Source of the DNA: a bacterium
Lineage (GTDB): Bacteria > Zhuqueibacterota > Zhuqueibacteria > Oceanimicrobiales > Oceanimicrobiaceae
Assembly (NCBI GenBank): GCA_046757025.1
Contig: JBHHXN010000021.1
Span: forward strand, 1-48,320
Length of the DNA stretch: 48,320 bases
Reading direction: 5' to 3'
Within the stretch, counting starts at the first letter, position 1. Every line of letters starts with the position of its first letter. The position numbers and the translations under genes were made by a program. Under the pieces are notes generated by a model. It had not been told where the DNA came from. It ran no database searches and saw only the letters and a program-made list of their open reading frames with translations. Shown piece by piece: positions 1-9,700 of this stretch.

Positions 1-3000
1 GGATTGTGCACAAAATCTCTGTTGTTCGAAATCTGCACACATACTGAATCGGCATTTCTCATTTCGGAAGATGCTCCTTGTTGACAAGACGGATCAGGCC
101 AGAACCAGTTTACCAGCAAGGAATCCCCACGAAAAAATCGTTGTTTTGCATACTCCGCTAAATCAATTTCAGGAATAAAAACCCGGCTGGTATCATTTAA
201 AACCGATTTCGAAATACTGTCTGCAGCACACTTATCATTTCCTTCTGTCTCACAAGGCGTGACTTGATAGGTATATTCAGCACAGGGTTCAAGATTAAAG
301 GTATCCAGAAAAGCCGCTTCTTCAAACACTTCTGGGAAATTGTTAAAAATGAATGTGGTATCCGATTGGCCATTTTTAATCCGCTCAACTTGAAAATGAT
401 TGACATCGCTGCGAGGGAATTTATCGCCGGTGCTTCTACTGCTATCATCCCATTTATCCAATTGCCAATAGGATGCCCAGGATACAAATATCCCATAATC
501 TAAAGGTTGATCTACCACCTCAACAGTTGTCATATCAGGAATGTGCACGTTGCAATGTAAAAATGTACACACAGCTTCTGATTGAGCCGTTCTATGTTTA
601 AAATTTTGTTCTTCAGCAAGTACGGTCACACAATAATCTTTAGCACAGGGGACTTCAACAATTTCAGTTGTGTCGACAGCTACTTTTATAGTATCCCATG
701 GCTGACCATTTTGGGTAATAAACAAAAAATAGTGTATCAAGTCATTTGGATATTTACTGTTTTCTGGTGGACTCCAGTTAATCAACAACTGTGCTGCATC
801 CGGATTCGTATTCACCGAATTTATCACCGGCGCCCGGTTGCAGTGCGTGGAATCGATATTGGAAGTATCCGGTGATTCGGTATTCAGGATGTCGAGTGAA
901 AGCACCGCATAGTAGTAATCCTGGAAAGTCTGCAATGTACTGTCGTCTGGCTGCACAAAACGATCGACGTAATAAAGTGTATCGCCCAAAGACGATACCG
1001 TGCTAATTGAATCGAAACTCGTACTGTCGCCAATCGAACGCAGAATCTCATACGCCACCGCATCGGTGTCCGGTCGGGTCCAGATCAAGTAATTATTCCC
1101 TTCCCAGGGATTGAAATCGCTGCCAGTCAATTTGTTGACGCTATCCGGAGCGTTCGTGACAAACAAATCCTCCACCGGCAGCGGTGGATTGGTTTTCCTG
1201 ATCACCGACAGCACATTCGACCAGGTGGTGGCCTGGCGCCCAAGATTCTGAAACGCCCTGACCATGAAATGGTACGCACCGTCGCTGGTCAACGGCACGG
1301 TTAAACATTTATCCGGTGGATTGACAAATTTCGTGTCGTTGACAACACCGCTGATGCGTATTTCATAAAACTCCACATCCCGGTCGTCATAGTCGTTCCA
1401 GCAAAAACTCAACGTGTCGCATTTAACATAGATCTGCGAGCCGATGGGGATGGTATCACAACCCTCTTCCAAAGCAATCACCGGCCCGATGGCCGCCCGC
1501 AGGATGTCCGACTGACTGGTTTTGCGGTCATCTAGGGCATGCCCAACCACGTCGCTGGAGCCAACTTTGTAGGCGGTGATCTTGTTCGTCCCAATACTAT
1601 TAAAGCTATCTACATAAGTCGTATCAAGGCCACTAATTGTATCAATGGCATCAAATTTTGAATCGAATTCTATAAATTGACGGTAAATCACATAATGCTT
1701 GATCTCACTGGCGGTGTCCGTGGCCGGCTGCCATTTAATAACCACCCCGTTAGAATCCAGATCATTCTGCGCCGTCAAATTCTGGATGTCGCCCGGTTCG
1801 AACACGTCCTGCTTAGCCGACTTAACCTCGGACCACTGACTGATATTGCCATGGACATCCCGGCTCCGCACTCTGAAGAAATATCGGTGGCCGTCCACCG
1901 CGCTGGAATCGTTATCATCTGGCAAAAAGTTAAAAGTAAAACCAAAACCGGGCTCTAAATCGTCGACACTCACCCAGCCGCCGTCGAATAAATCGATGTC
2001 GAGCTGATCGTCGCGGTGATTGTCAAAAAATTTCAGCGAATCTTTTACGGCCTGAAATTGAACAAAATCCGTGCTGCGAAATCCGCTGCATTCGGCCTGA
2101 GTGCTCGGGTCCTGAATGTAAACGGTATTGTTCACCCCTTCCGCAAAGTAATCGCCCGACCTTGAAACCGCATCGTACCATTTTGTAATAATCGGTTTAC
2201 ATTTTCCATGCAAATCGAGTATCACCGGCGGCGACTCGGCCCAATCGGAACGGTTGCCGGCGGCATCCACCGCGGCCACGCGATAGCGGAAAGTTTTCAG
2301 GTCGTTTTCCACGCCCAACGCGTCTGTGTACTCCACAAAATCTTTCAGAGCATACGGTAAATTTTTACTCACGGGTTGTACAAACACCACAAACATTTTG
2401 GGATCGAGCGTTTTTAATTCCGCACCGGAAGCCAGATTGCCCCCCAGCCGGATGATTTCATCCGCCTTGAATGCGGCGTTTCTGGTGAACAGTCGAAAAG
2501 AGCCCACCGAGGTCTGCAAATCTTTGGATTTGAGGTTTTCGGGATTGAATGACTCAAATCCAAGTGCGTTCAGCCAATCCGGTTTGGGACTGATTTTATT
2601 GTCAAAAGCAATATAGACGTGTGATTCGGTTTCGAGTTTAAATGACAAATAATCCGCGGATTCATTCCAGCGGTCGCGCCAGGCGGTTTGTATCATGGCG
2701 CTGCCACGAATGGCTTTGGGAATCTTATTGATGATTGCCAGACTGTCGACGTACAGGGGGTCTTTCTTTTTTACCGCAATAGGCACAAAATTTTTGGGCG
2801 CAATTTGAGAAATCGGAAAGAATGGCAGGGTAAACTCGCTTTCTGCTCCGGTGGCAACCTCGGTACGTGTTATCAAATAATGATCAATAAAACCGATTTG
2901 GTCCGGCTGCTTTGCCCACCGCAGGGTGACGTGGCCCTGAGCATCCACGGTAAATCCATCCATAACGATTTCAGGAGGCGGCAGATTGTCCTGGGTAGAA

Positions 3001-3659
3001 TAAACGATATCAGAATTAAAGGTTTGAAAGCCGCCCTCGCGCTCAACATTTACCTCCACAAAATAACCGTAGCGTACCCCGCCGGTGAGATTGCCGATGG
3101 AGTCGCATGTCGAAGCATTTAGATTGTTCAGGGTGGTCGGGCTTTTGGTGGCATTCCCGTCTGGAAAATGGCGCAGCACGTGCTGATGCGCTGAATCGCA
3201 GGGGGTCCAGCAAAGTGAGTTAAAAATGCCCGGTGAGAAAGGCGGTTCCGGAGCGATTTTCGGCGCCACGCCAAAGCGCACGGTTTTATTGCGCCGGAAG
3301 GTATCGGCGGCAGACTTGAATATGGCCACCAGCTCAAATTTGTGACTTCCGCAATCCGTCTGCGACGGCGCAATTTGAAAGGTCGTTTTCAATTGACCGC
3401 TGCCGTGGATTTCGAGGCGCTCGTCTAAATTGTCCACGAAAGCGGGTCGGCTTTGCTCTCGTATTCGGACCGTCAGCGTACCTTGACCTTCGGCCTCGGC
3501 AATCACTCGAAAAGTCCGAATCTCACCTGGGGCGATCTTGGTTTCGAGATCGCCGACGAGATCGAATCGCGTGATGGGATTTTGAGCAAACAGATTTCCT
3601 GAAAACAGAAAAACGGCGTAAACGATGAGACGAATTTTGGTATTGGTATTTGAAACCAT
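1..3659 (-). CDS. Giant secreted FN3/Ig-like repeat protein, paralog of 16530..21206; 3' end lies beyond the window start (>=1219 aa)
   Basis: Not in the ORF track. ATG at 3659 with AAGGA RBS; translates MVSNTNTKIRLIVYAVFLFSGNLFAQ (signal peptide). Segments I translated match the 1558-aa protein: YSTQDNLPPP, AAVDAAGNRSDWAESPPVILDLHGKCKPII, PEPPFSPGIFNSLCW. The same frame is still open at position 3 (NADSVCVQISNNRDF). Confidence 0.9.
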   Translation of the reverse strand, partial: MVSNTNTKIRLIVYAVFLFSGNLFAQNPITRFDLVGDLETKIAPGEIRTFRVIAEAEGQGTLTVRIREQSRPAFVDNLDERLEIHGSGQLKTTFQIAPSQTDCGSHKFELVAIFKSAADTFRRNKTVRFGVAPKIAPEPPFSPGIFNSLCWTPCDSAHQHVLRHFPDGNATKSPTTLNNLNASTCDSIGNLTGGVRYGYFVEVNVEREGGFQTFNSDIVYSTQDNLPPPEIVMDGFTVDAQGHVTLRWAKQPDQIGFIDHYLITRTEVATGAESEFTLPFFPISQIAPKNFVPIAVKKKDPLYVDSLAIINKIPKAIRGSAMIQTAWRDRWNESADYLSFKLETESHVYIAFDNKISPKPDWLNALGFESFNPENLKSKDLQTSVGSFRLFTRNAAFKADEIIRLGGNLASGAELKTLDPKMFVVFVQPVSKNLPYALKDFVEYTDALGVENDLKTFRYRVAAVDAAGNRSDWAESPPVILDLHGKCKPIITKWYDAVSRSGDYFAEGVNNTVYIQDPSTQAECSGFRSTDFVQFQAVKDSLKFFDNHRDDQLDIDLFDGGWVSVDDLEPGFGFTFNFLPDDNDSSAVDGHRYFFRVRSRDVHGNISQWSEVKSAKQDVFEPGDIQNLTAQNDLDSNGVVIKWQPATDTASEIKHYVIYRQFIEFDSKFDAIDTISGLDTTYVDSFNSIGTNKITAYKVGSSDVVGHALDDRKTSQSDILRAAIGPVIALEEGCDTIPIGSQIYVKCDTLSFCWNDYDDRDVEFYEIRISGVVNDTKFVNPPDKCLTVPLTSDGAYHFMVRAFQNLGRQATTWSNVLSVIRKTNPPLPVEDLFVTNAPDSVNKLTGSDFNPWEGNNYLIWTRPDTDAVAYEILRSIGDSTSFDSISTVSSLGDTLYYVDRFVQPDDSTLQTFQDYYYAVLSLDILNTESPDTSNIDSTHCNRAPVINSVNTNPDAAQLLINWSPPENSKYPNDLIHYFLFITQNGQPWDTIKVAVDTTEIVEVPCAKDYCVTVLAEEQNFKHRTAQSEAVCTFLHCNVHIPDMTTVEVVDQPLDYGIFVSWASYWQLDKWDDSSRSTGDKFPRSDVNHFQVERIKNGQSDTTFIFNNFPEVFEEAAFLDTFNLEPCAEYTYQVTPCETEGNDKCAADSISKSVLNDTSRVFIPEIDLAEYAKQRFFRGDSLLVNWFWPDPSCQQGASSEMRNADSVCVQISNNRDFVHN

Positions 3660-4213
3660 CAAATACGTCCTTAAAAGACTTAAGAAATTCATAGCATTTC
3701 CCCCATTAGCTTAATGAACTAGTGAAAAATTAAGTCAAAGCAATTCGCTTGGTAACTGATTTTCAAAGCAGGCAGTGCAAAGGTGTGAATCAGCGAGAAA
3801 TTTTTACATACGCCGGGAGTTGGAGATATGAATGAATAGACCACTGCTATCCCTCATTAAAATCGAACCAGGATACCTCCTCGCAGAAAATGTATCTGTT
3901 AAAAACCGCTCCTCATTTGTGTCGTTTTTAACATCGACTGCATTCAGGAAAAGTCTATTTTTGGTACCCCTATTAAATCGGATTCAACTGTTCAGGTAGA
4001 ATAAGAAATAATATCGCTGCTACACAGGGTAAGGCATCTTTCGAATTGGGAGACGAGAAATGTAAATTCGACTGCAAAACGTTTGTAAAAATTTAATGCG
4101 GTGCGGGATGTCGTTTCAACAAGCATTTAAATATTTTGGGCTTAATTGCAATTTTTACATGGTTTTGCCGGGATACCAATTGATTATTTAATGCACAATA
4201 TTTGATCCAGCAA

Positions 4214-4242
4214 AATATACAAAATAAATGCAAACTTGTCAA
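4214..4242 (-). promoter_or_regulatory. Sigma70-type promoter for the 1..3659 gene
   Basis: Minus strand TTGACA-N17-TATATT, about 550 nt upstream of the ATG. Confidence 0.7.
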
Positions 4243-4279
4243 GTAATTTATCTTTTTTAATTTTAGTTAATTAAATATA

Positions 4280-4388
4280 CTACAGCGAAAGTTTTTCCAT
4301 AATCGGCTCGAATTAGACTTTGCACGTTGCGAACACCTGCAACGTTTAAACGAGGAACTTTGTGTTCGACTGAAAACTTTCGCTGTAG
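4280..4388. mobile_element. Putative ~109-bp MITE
   Basis: Perfect 16-bp inverted ends CTACAGCGAAAGTTTT / AAAACTTTCGCTGTAG including TA at each end; internal hairpin ACGTTGC..GCAACGT; no ORF. Confidence 0.55.
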
Positions 4389-4447
4389 CGATAGTGTCTG
4401 AACGAAAATTTGAGATATGCGCGATACAAAAACCTCTTCGTGAAGGC

Positions 4448-4473
4448 GTCCCTTCGATAAAACTCAGGACAGG
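4448..4473. repeat. REP-like short palindrome
   Basis: GTCCCTTCGATAAAACTCAGGACAGG resembles the common CCCTTCGACAAGCTCAGG-type extragenic palindrome. Confidence 0.4.
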
Positions 4474-4642
4474 CCCCGCCGAGCCAGGCAGGAATCCACC
4501 CGCGGTCAGGCGGGCTTTTCGAGAATGAGCGAGGCCGTTTTCAGGGAGACACGAAACAGGCGAGGCGACCATCATCTGAGCGTGTTCACAAACGTCCCCC
4601 CACAACCCTAAACTCGAAACCAAGAACTCGAAACTCTGCCTC

Positions 4643-7600
4643 CTAATTCGCTACAAATTTGTACACCGCCTCTGACTTTTGGAGATTTCGGTTGACCAAA
4701 AACAAATTCAAATCCGGTCCATAGTTTTCTACAAAAAAGCCGTAAAAGGTTCCTTCAGGAAGTTGGCGGTTGGCAGAAAGCGGACTGCCCAAATAATCGC
4801 CTCGCAAGTTTGCGATATGAACGCCATTTTGATCCGCGATAAAAAGATAGGTTTCCCTCTTGACCTTTTCTCCTTGAAAAATCAAACCCACCGCATCTTC
4901 CACCACTTGAATTCGGGTGGGAAATGAAAGTTTGATCGGTTGTCCTTCGTCTTTGTTGTAGTTGGTACCAAAGCTTCCAAAGGAGTTCAGCAGTTGGCCG
5001 CGGTTGTCGAGCTGATGAATCCGGTGATGGCCCCAGTCACACACATAAATCAGTCCGCTGGAATCCACGTCCACGCCTTCCGGGCTATTCAACTCCACAT
5101 TCAAAGCGAGTTTCCCCGTTCGTTCACTGCGCGCTGCGTTGGAATAAATCCAGATAGCGTTGTCTTCGGCATTCACAGCTAAAATGCGATCTCCCACCCC
5201 ATCGTACGCCATGTCGCGGATTTCCAGCCTGTTCACAAAATCGTGCAACAGGGGTGAATCAGGCAGTTGCTGCGGAATAGCCGCATCCATGATATAATTG
5301 CCATCCCATCGCCGTACCAGGGGCGTGCGCACATTCGCGGTGGCGGTTTTCAGGCCCGGCGGCGCGGGTTTGAATTGTATTTTTTTGTTCAGGATGACCA
5401 CGGCTTGATTTTCACCTGCTTTCGTAAATGGCAGCGGTTGTTTGTGAGCATAGCAATCGGGGTTGACGATCTCCAATTCCTGGATGGAGTTCAAAGGGAC
5501 GGATGTTTTTACATAAACGCCTTCCTTTTGTTCTAAAATTTCGTCGTCTAATTTCACCACCGTGCTCGAGTGAATGTTATGCGGCAACATCACCACTAAT
5601 TTTAAGCTTGACGACAACGGTCCCCGGATCTCATCGAGCAAATAAGGCAAGTTGGGTACGACATTTTCTGCTAGAAAAATGGAATATCGCAATCGATTGC
5701 GGGACGGATAAATGGCTTTTCTGGGCAGGCCAAATTTCATCAGCCAGTTGATATTTTCATAGGCGTATTGCTGCTGCAAATACTTTTCATCGGCGAGTTT
5801 TTCGTAGGTCAACTGATTCAAATCCAAAGCAGGTTTGAACTCCACATTTTCGATTTCCAACCCTTCCAGCCTCCTTAAATTACCTTTGTCGTTGGCAGCA
5901 GCTAAACCGGCGTTGGCATTGCTGAGCCAGTACTCGCCATAATGATCCGAAAAATTCTGCAGTTTGTCGATGATCACTTCGTAACAGCGTTTGGCGATTT
6001 TGCCTTTGTTGTTGAGACGGTAAATCTCTGCCAGATAAAACAAAGCCCGCAAATAATTGTGCTGTTTGATCAACGGTTGAAAGATCACACGCGCCTGGTC
6101 GAACTCATCGGCAAAAAACAAACATTTACCCCGGATGTAATCCGCTTCATTTTTATTGACGAAATCGGAGCTGATGGTGCTGAGAATCTGCGCGGCCTCC
6201 TTAAAGAGCTGGCTCTTTTCGTTCGGCACCGCCTGAATTTCCGCCTCGAACATTTTCACGATGCCGCGGAAAAAGCGCGTTTCGTTGCTTCTGCGAATAT
6301 TGGTAATTTCAAACAGCCGATTCAAGAGAATGATGTATTTTTCACGGGTGGCGCCGATATTTAAAGCCGCCCTGGGCAGAATAAACATGATGGTGCTGAT
6401 GGCTTGCTCCAGCTTTTCATTTTCGGTACCGTTCAACACATTCAACCAAATTTGAGCGGTATTGTTGGTCAAACTGACGTTGATCAACAGATCCAGCAAT
6501 TCCTGGCGTTTTTGAATGGCCTGACTCTGGGGGGAAAATTGCGCAATGTTTCTGGCCAGCGCATTCAAACGCGAGTAGTTGTTGGACAGATAATACGCTT
6601 CGAAATCCAGGAGATATTTACTGAAATAAGCATCTTCCAGTAAAATTTGCAGGCGATTGGTGAGCAGCCGTTTTTTCTCTACAGCCTCGATGAAGTTCAA
6701 AAAATTTCTACGGCTGTTCTGGTTTTGATTTTGAATCATTTGAATGTTTGCCAGCCAGTAAAACGATTCCGGCAGACTGCGGGAGGAGTCGTAGAAACTG
6801 ATGGCGTAACGATTAAAATCATCGCTTTCGATATCCGGATGGCTCTGATAAAGATTAGCGCGTCGAAACATCTTTTCAGGATGGTAGCTCGCATGGGCCA
6901 ATTTTCGCCAGGCATTCAAAAAGTCCGTGCGACTGCCGTCATCGCGATTGACGAAATAGAGATCGAGATATTTCATCATCTCAAAATAGGTGGCCGCGGA
7001 TCGAAATCCGGCGTGCAGATTGGATTTGCCGGCGAACATTTCAACAAACTTTTGATTATGCAAATAAAACGTAGCCGTTAGCGCCGCGCTGGCTTGCTTA
7101 TTGTCGTCCTTATAATTTTCTATGGATTCGGTGATCAGCCCTTGATAAAGCTTACTCATTTGATATTTCAACGATTCTTTTTGCAAAGCCGCGGCTGTTT
7201 GAATGTCACGTAAATTGTACGGAGACGAATCGTGGGGCTGCTGTGCGATGATGCTATCATAAAGCTGTGCAAGTGACTGATTAGATTTGATCAGCGCATT
7301 TATTTCAGTAACCTGAAAGTTGTAGTCCATGAGATTCAGGAGGCGTAAGGCATTTTCACGGAGTCGGCACTCTGCTGCCATGTATTTTGAAAAGGTCTGC
7401 AGCGAATCCGGAGCATCTGCTGGCAGGTCGGTGAATTCCTTAAAGGCACGCTGTAAGCTGACCTGCGTTTGTTCGCGCAATTCAGCCAAGCGGAAGGAAC
7501 ACCAACCTATTTTATATTTGGAAAAGTGAAAATATTCCCGAAAGTTGGTTTTAAGGTCGGAGCTGTTGTTGGCTTTGCTGAATTCCTGCCACGCATTCTG

Positions 7601-7864
7601 TAACAATTTCTTGATAGCTTCCGGCGTGCTTGCCGCAAACGCTTTGTTGTAAAAACATTCAGCCAAAAAATAGCGCGCCAGCCCCTCTTCATGGGGATTT
7701 TTCTGAATAAAATCCGGCACATAATAAGTGATCAACGAATCGTATTGTGCACGATTGTACATGTTGATGCCATCGATAAAATCCTGCCCCCGTCCATTTT
7801 GCTGAAAGCCAGCAAATAAAACAAACGTAAAAGTCGCATATTTCAAAAAAGGTAAAAAGCGCAT
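4643..7864 (-). CDS. Secreted/periplasmic TPR-like repeat protein with C-terminal NHL/beta-propeller domain (1073 aa)
   Basis: Signal peptide; TPR-like helices (ARYFLAECFY, ADYIRGKCLF, ALFYLAEIY); NHL motifs LNSPEGVDVDSSGLIYVCDWGHHRI and LSFPTRI. Confidence 0.85.
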   Translation of the reverse strand: MRFLPFLKYATFTFVLFAGFQQNGRGQDFIDGINMYNRAQYDSLITYYVPDFIQKNPHEEGLARYFLAECFYNKAFAASTPEAIKKLLQNAWQEFSKANNSSDLKTNFREYFHFSKYKIGWCSFRLAELREQTQVSLQRAFKEFTDLPADAPDSLQTFSKYMAAECRLRENALRLLNLMDYNFQVTEINALIKSNQSLAQLYDSIIAQQPHDSSPYNLRDIQTAAALQKESLKYQMSKLYQGLITESIENYKDDNKQASAALTATFYLHNQKFVEMFAGKSNLHAGFRSAATYFEMMKYLDLYFVNRDDGSRTDFLNAWRKLAHASYHPEKMFRRANLYQSHPDIESDDFNRYAISFYDSSRSLPESFYWLANIQMIQNQNQNSRRNFLNFIEAVEKKRLLTNRLQILLEDAYFSKYLLDFEAYYLSNNYSRLNALARNIAQFSPQSQAIQKRQELLDLLINVSLTNNTAQIWLNVLNGTENEKLEQAISTIMFILPRAALNIGATREKYIILLNRLFEITNIRRSNETRFFRGIVKMFEAEIQAVPNEKSQLFKEAAQILSTISSDFVNKNEADYIRGKCLFFADEFDQARVIFQPLIKQHNYLRALFYLAEIYRLNNKGKIAKRCYEVIIDKLQNFSDHYGEYWLSNANAGLAAANDKGNLRRLEGLEIENVEFKPALDLNQLTYEKLADEKYLQQQYAYENINWLMKFGLPRKAIYPSRNRLRYSIFLAENVVPNLPYLLDEIRGPLSSSLKLVVMLPHNIHSSTVVKLDDEILEQKEGVYVKTSVPLNSIQELEIVNPDCYAHKQPLPFTKAGENQAVVILNKKIQFKPAPPGLKTATANVRTPLVRRWDGNYIMDAAIPQQLPDSPLLHDFVNRLEIRDMAYDGVGDRILAVNAEDNAIWIYSNAARSERTGKLALNVELNSPEGVDVDSSGLIYVCDWGHHRIHQLDNRGQLLNSFGSFGTNYNKDEGQPIKLSFPTRIQVVEDAVGLIFQGEKVKRETYLFIADQNGVHIANLRGDYLGSPLSANRQLPEGTFYGFFVENYGPDLNLFLVNRNLQKSEAVYKFVAN

Positions 7865-7874
7865 AAGCCACCAT

Positions 7875-8468
7875 TTAATTGATTATCATGATATTGTTTC
7901 GGTCGATGCCTTCGAAGTGGTAAATCATGCCGTTTTCCAATTTATCTTTGCGGTCCACGTATTTCAAATTTCGTTTCAGCCCGCGCAAGTCGATTTGAAC
8001 TTTCATGTGCTCCATCTTGGTCGGCACGTTAAAATAATATTTGATAATTCCCTGTTTGTATTGCACAAATCTCCAGGATTCCATGACGCTTTTTATGTAC
8101 TGTCCGGCCTTGGGATGTCCTTTGTCGCGAATGGCGGTGATGGTGAAATTCCCTTCCACGTCTATAACGCCCAGTATCATCACGTCGGCACGGCGATCGA
8201 TTCTTTCCAAAAAATTCCAGTCCAACGGTTTGGGATAGAATTTAAAATCCAGTTGAAATTTAAGCACCTGAATGGGCGGTCCCACGATGCGAATACTTTG
8301 TGTGCCCGGCCGTTTGGGCACGGGAATCTCCTGCTGATCGATTTGTAATGGAATGCTCAATTCCGCGGCCGGCATCTGGCTGATTTGAAATTGCCGGTAA
8401 ACCAACAGCACGGCAAACAGCACGATGACGAAATAAAAGCCGTATCTCACAAGGTATTTAATATTCAT
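7875..8468 (-). CDS. Short TonB-like energy transducer (N-terminal TM, Pro-containing linker, TonB_C-like domain)
   Basis: Single N-terminal TM; segment VMILGVIDVEGNF..KGHP..VMESWRF resembles TonB C-terminal domains; directly downstream of exbB/exbD/exbD. Confidence 0.6.
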   Translation of the reverse strand: MNIKYLVRYGFYFVIVLFAVLLVYRQFQISQMPAAELSIPLQIDQQEIPVPKRPGTQSIRIVGPPIQVLKFQLDFKFYPKPLDWNFLERIDRRADVMILGVIDVEGNFTITAIRDKGHPKAGQYIKSVMESWRFVQYKQGIIKYYFNVPTKMEHMKVQIDLRGLKRNLKYVDRKDKLENGMIYHFEGIDRNNIMIIN

Positions 8469-8485
8469 GGTGTTTGGTCCGTTCT

Positions 8486-9049
8486 TTACAAATCGATTTG
8501 CAGAATGTTGCCGTCGATGGTGACTTTTTTACTGGCGAGGATATCTTCTATGTCGCCGGGTACGCAGCCGTATTCAAAAAAAGGATTGTCGATCAGATAT
8601 TCGATGATGTTGGTGGCGTAGTAAAACGGATACACGTTGGGGCAGCGGATCAAGATGAAGTGCTCTTTATTTCGAAATTTTTTAGAGAATTCAAACAAAT
8701 TTTTCAGCCGCGCCACCAGCTCGTCTTTGCTGATGGTCATTTTATCCAAAAGTAATTGGATTTTCGCCGCCGGATCGTTGGGATCGGGCAGCATGTAACT
8801 ATAATAATGGAGGGTATCTATGGCGGTATAGTCCAGCCAGAAATAATGATCTTTATCGATGATTTGAATGAGGATCTGCGCTTCGCCGGGCTCGTTGATA
8901 GGCGTTGGAATGTTGAGCCTGGCTTCGCCTTTGGACAGGTTGATCATCACGCTGGTGGTAATGAAAAACAGCAGCAGGATAAATATCAAATCGATCAAAG
9001 ACACCATGGGCACCTTGCGGTTTTCGATGAACAGTTTTTTAAAAGCCAT
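8486..9049 (-). CDS. exbD: ExbD/TolR family protein
   Basis: N-terminal VPMVSLIDLIFILLLFF with the conserved TM Asp. Confidence 0.85.
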   Translation of the reverse strand: MAFKKLFIENRKVPMVSLIDLIFILLLFFITTSVMINLSKGEARLNIPTPINEPGEAQILIQIIDKDHYFWLDYTAIDTLHYYSYMLPDPNDPAAKIQLLLDKMTISKDELVARLKNLFEFSKKFRNKEHFILIRCPNVYPFYYATNIIEYLIDNPFFEYGCVPGDIEDILASKKVTIDGNILQIDL

Positions 9050-9060
9050 CCTTCTGATTC

Positions 9061-9654
9061 CTATTTATGACTGGTACGGATGACGATTTGCGGAACGACG
9101 TCTTCGTGCAAGCTGCAGCGGTCCATGATATAGCTTAATATCTTAAACTCGGTATTTTTATCAGCCCGCAGTTCGATGACCGGTCGGGTATTTCCACGAA
9201 ACATTTTCTCGTATTCGATATAGCGGTCGATGGAGTTTGAAATCAAAGTACAGGGCGGAATGGCCTTAAATTCCATCTCCGGCATGTTCACAAAATTCAC
9301 TGGAAATGCGGCGAAAGTGGAGTCGGTGAGGGCTTTTTCAAAGGCATGGCCTCTGGATATTTTGGTGGTGTCGTGCAGGACCGGCCATAAAACGTAGGCT
9401 TTTTTAGCCGTCTGCAACTCGCTGGTGTCCGGAACGATCTGTATCATGAGATTTTCCAGCCAGTCATCCTTGATTTGCGGTAAGTTGGTCTTGGTCGTCG
9501 GCAAATCCATTTCAGAATGGACCTGCGATTCGGAAACGTCGCTGGCTAACGAAAATGCAAACGACACCAGAAAAAAGATCATCAACAAAAACACCACATC
9601 GATGAGCCCGGTCAATTCCAGGCTACGACTTTCATTTTCAAATTGCAGTGGCAT
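9061..9654 (-). CDS. exbD: ExbD/TolR family protein
   Basis: LELTGLIDVVFLLMIFF TM motif; C-terminal VIELRADKNTEF motif. Confidence 0.88.
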   Translation of the reverse strand: MPLQFENESRSLELTGLIDVVFLLMIFFLVSFAFSLASDVSESQVHSEMDLPTTKTNLPQIKDDWLENLMIQIVPDTSELQTAKKAYVLWPVLHDTTKISRGHAFEKALTDSTFAAFPVNFVNMPEMEFKAIPPCTLISNSIDRYIEYEKMFRGNTRPVIELRADKNTEFKILSYIMDRCSLHEDVVPQIVIRTSHK

Positions 9655-9700
9655 GCGGAATCATTCACTCAGATATTCATAACTGATTTCGACAAAGTAA

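Noticed and set aside
197..3373. Short ORFs listed in the track across 197-3373
   Set aside because: They are antisense or out-of-frame shadows of the long minus-strand gene 3659-><1.
4267..4623. 118-aa minus-strand ORF
   Set aside because: Runs through the MITE and REP-like palindromes; no recognisable protein features.
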